Part shown: piece after piece, positions 36,200 through 47,954 of the stretch
Numbering within the stretch: position 1 is the first letter of the stretch
Layout: every line of letters starts with the position of its first letter
Origin: Anthoceros angustus
Lineage: Eukaryota > Plantae > Anthocerotophyta
Length of the DNA: 64,000 bases
NCBI GenBank assembly: GCA_010909165.1
Contig: MU008169.1
Span: 1,984,001 to 2,048,000 of the forward strand
Direction of reading: 5' to 3'
The notes under the pieces: model-generated
Seen by the model: the letters and a program-made list of their open reading frames with translations, nothing else
Databases searched by the model: none
What the model was told of the DNA's origin: nothing
Position numbers and translations under genes: made by a program

Positions 36200-36900
36200 T
36201 CTAATAACTTGGCCCAATTAAGGAAATCATATTTGACCCACTTACAAAGCCATCGTCCACCACCAAATTCTAGGGCCGGAATCGGCACATCTGTAATGTG
36301 CCTTTCTAGCTTACCTTCCTTGGATCCATCGATGCTTGCGGCATTTATGTTGAATAGTAAGGTCAATGTCACCAAGAGACTAGCACTTGGGAAACTACCG
36401 TGCCCATAACCAAGGAGCGACCTCATATGTGGCCTTCTTATATACGCAAGCTTGCACTTTGAAATCTCCACATGGGAAATTGGCATGTCCGTAGACAAAA
36501 GGCGACTAACCCCAATGCCACTAGACAAAGGTGACTAACCCCAATGCCACTAAAAGTTCTCTTGTGATAGCCCTAAATTACATTTTAGGTACCCCATGTT
36601 ATACTACAGAAGCCCTTGTTGTGGCCCGTAGCCCCTAGGTGTTCCCTTCAAAACTTGAAATGATAAAGAAGTGTCACCTGCCAATTGTCGTTGGAAATAT
36701 ATTACCTCCAGCTAGTAAGGAACTTAGCATATGCTGGCTTCAAACAAATATCAAATTTTGTGGGTGTCCCCTTCAAAATTCAAAACCTAGAAATGAACCC
36801 TGAACTCTAAAATCCTATGGGAAGTAGAACTCGGTTTGTACAATCTGATCAGCGGATCTATGTACGCAAATATTGGATATTGTTAGGTCTGCAAGGAGCA
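36200..36900. repeat. Module Y (~700 bp), copy 1 of 3; others at ~40230-40920 and ~42450-43140
   Basis: Aligns by eye, with an internal duplicated gactaaccccaatgccactag. No family recognised. Confidence 0.85.
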
Positions 36901-37087
36901 GAGGTTAGCCCCTGCCCTTGGCCCTTTAATGGGTTGTTCCCCATCGGCTCGTAGATGGATTTTCCATCTCTTCTTTTCTAAAAGAGGGGCTAGGGTTTGG
37001 CCCTCTAGCCCTTGGCCCTTTTAATGGGTTGTTCCCCATCACCGCCCGGGTAGATGGGTTTCCATCTCTTCTTTTCTATAAAGTCTC
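36900..37087 (+). mobile_element. Tandem pair of retroelement 3'-end units (plus strand); repeated at 40925-40990 and 43150-43350
   Basis: gggttgttcccc..gtagatgg(a/g)tttccatctc..tttt..ataaagtctcc, homologous to the 3' end at 61500-61570. Confidence 0.65.
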
Positions 37088-37369
37088 CAATAACTTTTGG
37101 TAGTGGTGGGATACTATTATCTGGGTTCGATGGAACTCAACCTCGAAAAACTTATGCCACATCACACAAAGGACAAAAAACTCGTACACACATACAAACG
37201 ATAAGGTATATTTAAGGTATTCGAGGTTGAGCCCTCGGTACACTTGAATTTCTCCAGAGCATGCATTATCCCGGTGAAGCCCGTTGTAACGGAACAGCGT
37301 TATGAGTGACCGTGAATGAGCGCCATGATGAGGTGAGACCAACGGCCTTGGTCACCCGTTTTCAACGGG

Positions 37370-37745
37370 TTTTAATTTGATTTTATATATTATTAAGTAT
37401 ATTATATATATAGATTTTTTGATTTTACTAATTTAATTATTAATTATATTTGAAAAACATTTCATATCTGAATGTTTTTGACGATTTTGAAATGATGTTT
37501 TGACCCATTTTGAATTAAAAATATGTCAAATACGAAATCAGTTTAGACTATGTGAAATCACTTTACCACATCTTTTCCCCTCTTAGGTTGTAGGTGATAA
37601 TTACGTTTATTATAATAACTTATCTAATGACGGTGTCCAAAGAAGTTATGATTGGTGCTCTATATTATTATGGAAGAGTTATATCATCGGTTTTCACCTC
37701 AATAAAACTTTTCTTTGAAGAGTTATATCCCTCTACTTATTTTTG
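37370..37745. repeat. AT-rich module Z, copy 1 of 3; others at ~39070-39500 and ~41330-41720
   Basis: Shared cctcttaggttgtaggtgataattac..ggaagagttatatc blocks. Copy 3 carries many small deletions. Confidence 0.85.
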
Positions 37746-38400
37746 GAAAGCTCAAATGCGCCATGGCAAAGAGAGCACCTCCCAGAGGGTCACCTTGCCT
37801 AGTGCCCATCGCCGAGCTCAGCACAGAAACCCCTTCCACTAAGGGGCCATGCTGATAATAGAGGTTGGAAGGAGACCCATAAAAGGAGCGGACAAAGGGA
37901 ATAAGGCTGGCCAACTGCCCACTTGCATTTTTGAGCTCGTCGAAGATGGCCGACCGTGAGACATAGTTGAAGGCATTCTCCACGTCGACCTGAAGAGCAA
38001 CCAACTGTGGTGGGTCTCGAGAACCGCCCACCCCAAAAGCCACGCGGACTCAGACCCCAGCAATCCCAAACCGATGAGGACTAAGATGGGCCTAGGCCTC
38101 CGAGGTGGATAGCAATACTGCCAATAAGCCGCAGAACGCCTCCCCGATAGGATGCACCCCTGGGGTGGGCTTCTCCATCGCCAACAACTTGCTCGCACCC
38201 AACACTTGAGAGATCCGAAGAGGAGTCTCCCCCCTTGCCACAGCGCCAGCCAGAAGAAACAGTTCGGAAAACCCGCAAGAAGGATCCTCAGGAGTAAAAT
38301 AGTCCCGAAGGTGGTCATAGACCGTTCCAGACAGGCCACTCGAAGAGAGGCACGGGGCAGTGATTAAGGCCTGACCGAATCCAAAAACTAAATCAGTGCG
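37745..38400 (-). mobile_element. RT N-terminal to middle fragment (CRE-like)
   Basis: GLSGTVYDHLRDYF..GASKLLAMEKPTPGVHPIGE..QLVALQVDVENAFNYVSR..FVRSFYG..GTRQGDPLGGALFAMAH. Confidence 0.9.
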
Positions 38401-38409
38401 CATGGTAAA

Positions 38410-39075
38410 TTTTAATTTAGTATTTGAAAATAAATCAAAACAACCCCGGGAGAAATCTTCAGCAAGGGTTCGATTCCTATGTTACACATTGTATCATCCC
38501 AGAAGAGACTATACTCTTCCGAGGTCGTGAGCACGCGCCTAGATACCATCGCACGTTATGTGGGACTTGGGAAAAACTCCCTCACCCACTAAAACTCCCC
38601 ACCCACTAAAACTCCCCACCCACTAAAACTCCCCACCTTTCTGGTGACCGGGTGACCGGGTTTTCTATTGGCGAGTGTCAGTTGTTACGGGCGTCATGGG
38701 TCCCCCCCACCTTTCTGGTGACCGGGTGACCGGGTTTTCTATTGGCGAGTGTCAGTTGTTACGGGCGTCATGGGTCCCCGTGTTAAAACGTTCACATGTA
38801 ACCCGGAAGAAAGAGGAAGAGAAAATCGCTCCGGTTCGGGTTACATGTGAACCCAGCATTTGGTTTGGTTTTCAGACCCTTCTGAACAGCGTCCTTTGAA
38901 AAGTCAAGTGGAGTAGGCTATTGGAGCCGGGCTATCCAGGTCTTACGTCCATGGGGATTTGTGAACTTCAGTTGGAGCGAGAGAGCATCTTTGACTACGA
39001 GCGTGTGGGAATGGCAGAGACAGACTATGCAGGAAGCCCTCTCAATTGTACAATTGCCTCTCATGACTATTTGAA
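38410..39075. repeat. Module V copy 1 (17 bp x3, 74 bp x2, 16-bp inverted repeat); copy 2 at ~43665-44352
   Basis: cacccactaaaactccc x3; a 74-bp doublet; gttcacatgtaacccg (38790-38805) pairs with cgggttacatgtgaac (38837-38852). Confidence 0.88.
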
Positions 39076-39654
39076 AACATTTCATATCTCGAATGTTTTG
39101 TGATTTTGAAATGATGTTTTGACCCATTTTGAATTAAAAATATGTCAAATACGAAATCAGTTTAGACTATGTGAAATCACTTTACCACATCTTTTCCCCT
39201 CTTAGGTTGTAGGTGATAATTACGTTTATTATAATAACTTATCTAATGACGGTGTCCAAAGAAGTTATGATTGGTGCTCTATATTATTATGGAAGAGTTA
39301 TATCATCGGTTTTTCACCTCAATAAAAACTTTTTCTTTGAAGAGTTATATCCCTCTACTTATTTTTTGGCTAAATTTACTACTTTTCCTAGAGTTGCATG
39401 ACCTTAGGTGTCCGAAAAAGTTATGATTAGTGATCACTCCATATTATTATGGAAGAGTTATATCCCTCTACTTATTCTTTTTGCTAAATTTACTATTTTT
39501 TCCAGAGTTGCATGACCTTTTCCATTTGTTTGATTCCTCTTCCATTTGTTGTCTGTTGAAAATAAAACTCTTTGTAATCTAACCAGCACCCCACCATACA
39601 TTCCATGTTTAGACAATCTCCCTTATAGCTATTAGATGACTAGATGGAAGCAAC

Positions 39655-40220
39655 CACTTGCAATTGATGTTGGACTTGTGCAGTGACACATGGAGAAGAG
39701 CTGCATCCACATCGTCCTTAATGAAAGGTAGGGGCCCTACCGGGACCCCTAAACCGCGAAGTCCTTGCGGAGAAGTAATATCCCCCTCAAAATTCTGAAG
39801 AAAGAGCACCACACCGAAGGAGGACCACACCGTGCCCTTGGTAATCTTCACCTTCAAGCCAAGGCAGGAGACCTCTGAAGAGAAAAGTTCAAAAGCCTCC
39901 TTAACCTTGTCACCCGACCCGAGGATGTGGGTCTCATCTGCCACCGATGGGTATAGACAGTTCAAAATAGAGGAGGCTATTATAGACAAAGCCCTGAAGT
40001 GAGCCATGGCAAAAAAGGCCGCCCCCAACGGATCCCCTTGTCAAGTACCATCAGCTAAGACGAGCACCAAAACCCCATCGATTGCAGGCCCATTCTAATA
40101 GTATAGTTTGGAAGGAGACCCGTAGAAGGACCGGACAAAAGGGATAGGACTTTCCAACTGCCCAACTGCATCCTTGAGCTCGTTAAAGATGACCACCAGG
40201 GAGACTGCTTGCTTTCCACT
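39655..40220 (-). mobile_element. RT fragment, subfamily with the catalytic DD degenerate (VADETH)
   Basis: GDPLGAAFFAMAHF..YPSVADETHILG..GLKVKITKGTVWS..GLRGLGVPVGP. Confidence 0.85.
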
Positions 40221-40989
40221 CTAATAACTTTGGCCCAATTAGGAAATCATATTTGACCACTTACAAAGCCATACGTCCACCACCAAATTCTAGGGCCAGA
40301 ATCGGCACATACTGTAATGTGCCTTTCTAGCTTACCTTCCTTGGATCCATGCTGATGCTTGCAGCATTTATGTTGAATAGTAAAGGTCAATGTCACACCG
40401 TGTAGACTAGCACTTGGGAAACTACCGTGCCCATAACCAAGGGAACGACCTCATATGTGGCCTTCTTATATACGCAAGCTTGCACTTTGAAATCTCCACA
40501 TGGGAAATTGGCATGTCCGTAGACAAAGCGACTAACCCCAATGCCACTAGACAAAGGTGACTAACCCCAATGCCACTAGAAAGCAGTTCTCTTGTGATAG
40601 CCCTAAATTACATTTTAGGTACCCCATGTTATACTCTGAAGCCCTTGTTGTGGCCGTAGCCACAGGTGTTCCTTCAAAACTTGAAATGATAAAGAAGTGT
40701 CACCGCCAATTGTCGTTGGAAATATATTACCTCCGACTAGTAAGGAACTTAGCATATGGCTTCAAACAAAATATCAAATTTTGTGGGTGTCCTTCAAAAT
40801 TCAAAACCTAGAAATGAACCACGAACTCTAAAATCCTATGGGAAGTAGAACTCGGTTTGTACAATCGATCAGCGGATCTATGTACGCAAATATTGGATAT
40901 TGTTAGGTCTAAGGAGCAGGAGGCTAGCCCCCTTGGCCCTTTTAATGGGTTGTTCCCCATCGGCTCGGGTAGATGGATTTTCCATCTCT

Positions 40990-41310
40990 CCACGCCGACC
41001 GAAGAACCAACTGTGGTGGTCTCGAGAACCGCCCACCCCAAAAGCCGCAGCCCCCAAGATAGCAATCCCAAACCGATGAGGACTAAGATGGGCGAACTGC
41101 CCGAGCGGATAGCAATACCACCAATAAGCCGCAGAACGCCTCCCCGATAGGATGCACCGGGTGGGCTTCCATCGCCAACAACTTTCGCACTCCAACACTT
41201 GAGAGATCCAAGAGAGTCTCCTTGCCGCCACAAGAAAAGCCTGGAAACCCAGGAGTGGATCCTCGTGGTAGTACCGTTCGCCACTCTGAGAAGATGATTA
41301 AGGCCCAATC
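40990..41310 (-). mobile_element. RT N-terminal fragment, paralog of 38000-38400
   Basis: Shares gaagagcaaccaactg..gagaaccgcccacccc..aataagccgcagaacgcctccccgataggatgcacc. Confidence 0.8.
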
Positions 41311-41879
41311 AATCCAAAAACTAAATCATGGTAAATTTTAATTTGATTTATATATTTATTAAGATATTATATATATTTTTTGATTTTACTAATTTAATTA
41401 TTAATTATATTGAAAACATTTCAATGTGACATTTTGAAATGATGTTTCAATCCATTTGAAATCAAAAAATACATCTTTTCCTCTTAGGTTGTAGGTGATA
41501 ATTACTTTATTATAATAACTTATCTAATGAGTCCAAAGAAGTTATTTGGTTTATATATTATGGAAGAGTTATATTTTTCACCTCAATTTTCTTTGAAAAC
41601 TTCCTCTACTTATTCTTTTTGCTAAATTTACTATTTTTTCGAGTTGCATGACATGACCTTAAAAGTTATGATTAGTGATCACTCCATAAGAGTTATATCC
41701 TCTACTTATTCTTTTTGCTAAATTTACTATTTTTTCGAGTTGCATGACCTTTTCCATTTGTTTGATTCCTCTTCCATTTGTTGTCTTGAAAATAAAACTC
41801 TTTGTAATCTAACCAAGACCCCACCATACATTCCATGTTTAGACAATCTCCTTATAGCTATTAGATGACTAGATGGAAG

Positions 41880-42440
41880 CAACCACTTGCAATTGATGTT
41901 GGACTTGTGCGGACACATGGAGAAGAGCCGCATCCACATCGCCCTTAATGAAAGGTAGGGGCCCTCCGGGACCCCTAAACCGCGAAGTCCTTGCGGAGAA
42001 GTAATATCCCCAAAATTAAGAAAGAGCACCACAAGGAGGACCACACCGTGCCCTTGGTAATCTTCACCTTCAAGCCAAGGCAGGAGACCTCTGAAGAGAA
42101 AAGTTCAAAAGCCTCCTTAACCTTGTCACCCGACCCGAGGATGTGGGTCTCATCTGCCACCGATGGGTATAGACAGTTCAAAATAGAGGAGGCTATTATA
42201 GACAAAGCCCTGAAGTGAGCCATGGCAAAAAAGGCCGCCCCCAACGGATCCCCTTGTCAAGTACCATCAGCTAAGACGAGCACCAAAACCCCATCGATTG
42301 CAGGCCCATTCTAATAGTATAGTTTGGAAGGAGACCCGTAGAAGGACCGGACAAAAGGGATAGGACTTTCCAACTGCCCAACTGCATCCTTGAGCTCGTT
42401 AAAGATGACCACCAGGGAGACTGCTTGCTTTCCACTCTAA
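41880..42440 (-). mobile_element. RT fragment, near-identical to 39655-40220
   Basis: Same translation GAAFFAMAHFRALSIIASSILNCLYPSVADETHILG. Confidence 0.85.
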
Positions 42441-44169
42441 TAACCTGGCCCAATTAGGAAATCATATTTGACCCACTTACAAAGCCATACGTCCACCACC
42501 AAATTCTAGGGCCAGAATCGGCACATACTGTAATGTGCCTTTCTAGCTTACCTTCCTTGGATCCATGCTGATGCTTGCAGCATTTATGTTGAATAGTAAA
42601 GGTCAATGTCACACCGTGTAGACTAGCACTTGGGAAACTACCGTGCCCATAACCAAGGGAACGACCTCATATGTGGCCTTCTTATATACGCAAGCTTGCA
42701 CTTTGAAATCTCCACATGGGAAATTGGCATGTCCGTAGACAAAGGCGACTAACCCCAATGCCACTAGACAAAGGTGACTAACCCCAATGCCACTAGAAAA
42801 CAGGTTCTCTTGTGATAGCCCTAAATTACATTTTAGGTACCCCATGTTATACTACAGAAGCCCTTGTTGTGGCCCGTAGCCCCTGGGTGTTCCCTTCAAA
42901 ACTTGAAATGATAAAGAAGTGTCACCTGCCAATTGTCGTTGGAAATATATTACCTCCAGCTAGTAAGGAACTTAGCATATGCTGGCTTCAAACAAATATC
43001 AAATTTTGTGGGTGTCCCCTTCAAAATTCAAAACCTAGAAATGAACCCTGAACTCTAAAATCCTATGGGAAGTAGAACTCGGTTTGTACAATCTGATCAG
43101 CGGATCTATGTACGCAAATATTGGATATTGTTAGGTCTCGCAAGGAGCCAGGAGGCTAGCCCCCTGGCCCTTGGCCCTTTAATGGGTTGTTCCCCATCGG
43201 CTCGGGTAGATGGATTTTCCATCTCTTCTTTTCTAAAAAGAGGGGGCTAGGGGGTTTGGCCCCTCTAGCCCTTGGCCCTTTTAATGGGTTGTTCCCCATC
43301 ACCTCGCTCGGGTAGATGGGTTTCCATCTCTTCTTTTCTATAAAGTCTCCAATAACTTTTGGTACTGTTAGGTCTGGATACTATTATGCTGGGTTCGATG
43401 GAACTCGAACCTCGAAAAACTTATGCCACATCACACAAAGGACAAAAAAACTCGTGCCACATCATACAAACGATAAGGTATATTTAAGGTATTCGACAGG
43501 GTTGAGCCCTCCGGTACACTTGAATTTCTCCGACTCGAGCATGCATTATCCCGGTAAAGCCCGTTGTAAGGAACGGAACAGCGTTATGAGTGACCGTGAA
43601 TGAGCGCCATGATGAGGTGACCACGAACGGGCCTTGGTCACCCCGTTTTTTTTCAACTGGGTTTTTTTAATTTAGTATTTTGAAAATAAATCAAAACAAC
43701 CCCGGGGGAGAAATCTTCAGCAAGGGTTCTGATTCCCCTATGTTACACATTGTATCATCCCAACAGGAAGAGACTATACTCTTCCCGAGGTCGTATGAGT
43801 ACGTGCCTAGATACCATCGCACGTTATGTGGGACTTGGGAAAAACTCCCTCACCCACTAAAACTCCCCACCCACTAAAACTCCCCACCCACTAAAACTCC
43901 CCACCTTTCTGGTGACCGGGTGACCGGGTTTTCTATTGGCGAGTGTCAGTTGTTACGGGCGTCATGGGTCCCCCCCACCTTTCTGGTGACCGGGTGACCG
44001 GGTTTTCTATTGGCGAGTGTCAGTTGTTACGGGCGTCATGGGTCCCCGTGTTAAAACGTTCACATGTAACCCGGAAGAAAGAGGAAGAGAAAATCGCTCC
44101 GGTTCGGGTTACATGTGAACCCAGCATTTGGTTTGGTTTTCAGACCCTTCTGAACAGCGTCCTTTGAAA

Positions 44170-44760
44170 AGTCAAGTGGAGTAGGCTATTGGAGCCGGGC
44201 TATCCAGGTCTTCTACGCCGTCCATGGGGATTTGTGAACTTCAGTTGGAGCGAGGAGAGCATCTTTTGACTACGAGCGTGTGTAGAATGGCAGAGACAGA
44301 CTATACGGGAAGCCCTCTCAATTGTACAATTGCCTCTCATGACTATTTGAAATCAAGGCCAAGGGCCTGTTTATTAGGCGTCATGCACAGGAAACAGCCT
44401 GTGTCGATGGCTGTCTCATCAGCTGTTTTGCTTTCCATTCTGTGATTGGTTTGTCCTGCCTGCAGCAGCTCGGAACGAGAAGCCGTCTGACCACTTGCCA
44501 TGATGCTGTGTGTCCACATCTGACGAGCCTAGCTTTGTTTTCGTGAGCCGATCGCTTCTCGGGTTGATGCGTGGGAGCGTGGGACCAGCAAGCCACCATA
44601 CGCTGCCGTATGTGCCCGTATGCCTGCAGCTTCGTATCCTCCAACATCAGCGTCCTAGCATCACCTCTGAATCAGAGTGTACTCCGAGTGTTTTCCATTG
44701 CAGCAGTGCTGGCATGTATCGTTGTATGTGGATGCCATTGCACTGGTGTTGACCATGCCA
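44170..44760 (+). pseudogene. Possible very decayed PPR remnant
   Basis: Scraps such as EALxLY-like and FSIAAVLAC. No intact motif. Confidence 0.25.
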
Positions 44761-44833
44761 TTTTATGATCAGGCGGTTAAGAAATTGTGGGAGTAACATT
44801 GTGTCAGCGGTATATTCATTTGGGTGTGCTGAC

Positions 44834-46378
44834 TCAGCGATACTGGATGTGGCCTGTCTTGTTGAAATGGCACTTGAGGGCCTTTGGGTTTGCCCAAGCC
44901 GAGGATATATAAGAATCATCCTCATCCTCTTGAAGTTTCTGCATATTGAAACCGTGTGTTCTTGAGAGCAGAGTCAATAGAGTGGAAAAGCAAAGAAGAC
45001 TGTTTTACATTTCTCAATACATACTTCTTGTTCTTTTTGCTGTTTGTAGTACCATGCCATCATAGCCTTCTGTGTCTCTTCGTCCACTGGCTGGCAACAA
45101 AATAAAGCACGCAGACTCAACTCTAGGTTGGCATCAATGCCTACATGTTCATAATCTCTACAACAAAGGTTCAATCTCCACTTACTGGTTCTCGAGCGGG
45201 AGCTTGGAGCCCCTTGCCTTGGAGCTTGACAACAACCTGGAAAAGGCAGCATAAAAAGTTTGACTGAACGCGACCTTGATCGACCGGTTTTGAGAGAACG
45301 GTAAGCTAGTTTGGGAATCGAAACAGGATGCTTCCATTACCTTGGTTTTTTCATTTTTCCCCAGGTGGTCTCCTATCTTCTTTTCTCTATGGAACTCCTT
45401 GCCTGCCCACCACATCTGTGCTGTATCTGGATCAAAGGCATCCTTGCCTGCTTTGCAGCCGGAGAGCCATGACCCATTAGAAGATGATACTGGTACGAGG
45501 AAGATGAGAAAATACTTGATTGTTTCAACCGAAAGTGCAGGCCCTGCAGACTACGTACGTTCGAAGGTGCCAGTGAGCTCTTGCTGAACAGGATCATATC
45601 TGGGCAGGCCCATAGGATAGCATATTGCAACAGCACCCTTTACGTTTAGCAGAACTTCTTTCAAGGATGCCAGATCAAGGGGCACCTTGTGCAACACCTG
45701 CTCCTGCAATCAATTACTTCACATGTTGAAGCTTCAGCCGCTACAGACGACATTCAAGTTTTTCTTGACTGAAACCTGCTGGCTTCTGTCAATAAGAGAC
45801 GGCATAGTTTGAAGAGAAGACAGCATTATGAGACACAACCAGAGCACAACGAGCCCCTCAAAAAAAATGCCCAAGGGCAAAGGGTGGGTTTACCTTGGAG
45901 ACACAGGCTGCAGCTTCAGCAAGTGCCTTTGAGAGAACTTGAGCAACTTCGGGATCGCATGCTGAAAGAAACAAAAGCCTTGAGACCCAATTGCCAGACA
46001 GAATTGTAGCCAGAGAGAGAGAGGGAGAGACATGCTGCAAAATCGTATGCGCAAGGGCGGAGGTTTGAAACCTTCTCCTGTCCGGGTGCAAGAGGGATCT
46101 TTGTTGTAGAAAGGACCCCTCGGTTTATGATGCACGTTGCTGGAGCATTGGGCAGCCCCAGTTTCAGGTTCGTCGTCGCTGTCCTCGTCCTCACACTCAG
46201 GATCCCTGGCAGGGCCGTGAAGAGCTAGACGGTTGCCCTCCTCCTTCAGATGCAGCAGCCGCAGCTGCATGTTATAGATGCGGACTACATCCTTCACCAC
46301 GTCATCCACACTTGATGAGGTTGAGCACTCATGCAAGAATTGGTGCTCCTCGCTCTGCTTCAGGTGAAGCAGGACCAT
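44834..46378 (-). CDS. CFAP298: Cilia- and flagella-associated protein 298 (C21orf59/Kurly) homolog, multi-exon
   Basis: MVLLHLKQSEEHQFLHEC..., WWAGKEFHREKKIGDHLGKNEKTKV, QGAP, PVDEETQKAMMAWYYKQQKEQE, and last exon KLQEDEDDSYISSAWANPKALKCHF..YR*. Colinear with C21orf59. Confidence 0.93.
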
Positions 46379-46586
46379 GGTGCCTGACGACACCACGTGC
46401 CTGCCTGCTGTAGGGGAAATCGGGCAGGAGGGTTCTCTACAAGGGCAGCAGAGAATCTGCTGTGGGTCGTGAAACAAGAGATGCTCCCGTCCTTGCACTC
46501 AGGATCCAAAGCAAAGCACCCCAAATTCCGTCACACCCACGACAGTTATGTTAGGGCCGTTTCTCTCGCTCTCGGTTGAAAGACCA

Positions 46587-46596
46587 TTTTGGCGGG
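46587..46596 (+). promoter_or_regulatory. E2F-like site TTTTGGCGGG in the CFAP298/ICln divergent promoter
   Basis: Matches TTTSSCGS and lies in the 270-bp gap between the two ATGs. Confidence 0.35.
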
Positions 46597-46648
46597 CTTC
46601 CGGTTGTCCAAACGAGCAGGTTCGAGGGCTTTCGATTTGTGTGGTGCC

Positions 46649-47751
46649 ATGGCGGCGGGTCTGGTTGCGGTGGCAGAGCGCGATGCGGAAGGGCGACCCT
46701 GCCTGGACGTGGACGACGGGGAAGCTGGGTTTGCGCTGGTGCAGCCAGCCGTGGGCATCGTGCTTGGCAGCTCTTCCTCAGCTCAGCTGGGCACCTTGTA
46801 CATCACCACCAGGCAAGTTTGGAGCCTGGTTATGTGTGAACTTGCTTTCATGTTCGGAGCTGTGGGGACTGATGCAGTGTGTACAGTGTGCCAGGAACAA
46901 TGCAATTAGCTGATCTGAATGGGTTGTTGCAGGCGGCTCATATGGCTGAGTGATGAGAACGCGGACAAAGGATATGCAGTTGATTTCTTATCGCTGTCGA
47001 TGCATGCAGTTTCCAGGGATGTTACTGCTTTCCCTCAAGCTTGCATTTACACCCAGGTACTTGTTGAGATCTACTGCGTTGGCGTATGGGGGATTTGATT
47101 TCCACACAACTGGCATTCACTGTCCCTTCTGATCGGGTCTCAGATAGAGACTGATGGAATGGATGAGGAAGACGAAGATGAGGGTGGCGAGGACGACGAG
47201 GCTGTGGAGCCAGAAGGAGGTGTTCCTGACTTGTCAAAGGTGCAGGAGATGCGGCTTGTGCCACAGGATCCCAGTGTATGTATCCTTGAAGTAGCAAACC
47301 GTGTCGATACCTGATTTGGGGTGTAGCAGAACAAGCCATTAGTCTGGACCCGATTTTCCTTCACTCTCAGCTAGTGGATCACATGTTTCAAGTTCTTTGT
47401 GACTGTGCAGCTTTGAACCCAGACCCTGAAGGAGGTATGTGCACTTAATCTGCCCTTGCCGAGTGTCATTCTTCCAGTTTCATGCTTTTCTCACATGCTG
47501 GCTCGGACTTCAGAACAAGAAGGTGAAGGCGAATGGTTCTTCAATGCGGACGAGGTTATGCCCAATGTCATTGGAGGAGGCGTCAATGGACACCATGACA
47601 TCTCCAACGTATGATTGTTCACCTGTGTTAGGTTTAAGCATGTTTTGTGAGGAGGAGCTTGCAGCTAACATTAATCGTCCGTGGCTCGTCACAGCTTGTG
47701 ATAGATGACACCAGGTACGAAGATGCAGAAGAAGAGAGTTTGGAAGAGTAG
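46649..47751 (+). CDS. ICln: Chloride conductance regulatory protein ICln / methylosome subunit pICln, multi-exon
   Basis: MAAGLVAVAERDAEGRPCLD..GTLYITTR, acidic stretch DEEDEDEGGEDDE, DLSKVQEMRLVP, LNPDP, EGEWFFNADEV, and end RYEDAEEESLEE*. Confidence 0.92.
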
Positions 47752-47954
47752 CAACCTGATTCCTGGATAGCCATAGTAGCTGATTATGGTTGGTGCCTGG
47801 CTGTTGATCGATATGTACATTGGAACGCTCTCGGATTCTCAGGCTCAAAATCCTGACAATTTTGATACTTTGACCTTGGTGTTGGGTTGTTTTGATCTAG
47901 CTGTAAAGTCTGAACTTCGAGATATTGGTTTCGTGGAGGGTGAAAGACTCCAAT

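Noticed and set aside
37320-37360. C/D snoRNA (ATGATGA box C, then a GGTGACC/GGTCACC hairpin)
   Set aside because: No box D (CTGA) at a suitable distance in either copy (37324, 43608).
38466-38477. B-box GGTTCGATTCC suggesting a tRNA or SINE
   Set aside because: No A box or cloverleaf, and the paralog at ~43724 reads GGTTCTGATTCC.
6384-44352. Hammerhead ribozyme / retrozyme in the repeats
   Set aside because: I saw no CTGATGA..GAAA core in any repeat unit. The hits I noticed (11485, ~44415, ~44520) lie outside the repeats. An Infernal scan for hammerhead and HDV-like folds would settle it.
15000-44352. snRNA, 5S rRNA, tRNA or telomeric target site for the retroelement nest
   Set aside because: No U1/U2/U6/5S/tRNA signature or TTTAGGG array seen. 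Only isolated telo-box-like words (16760, 57129).
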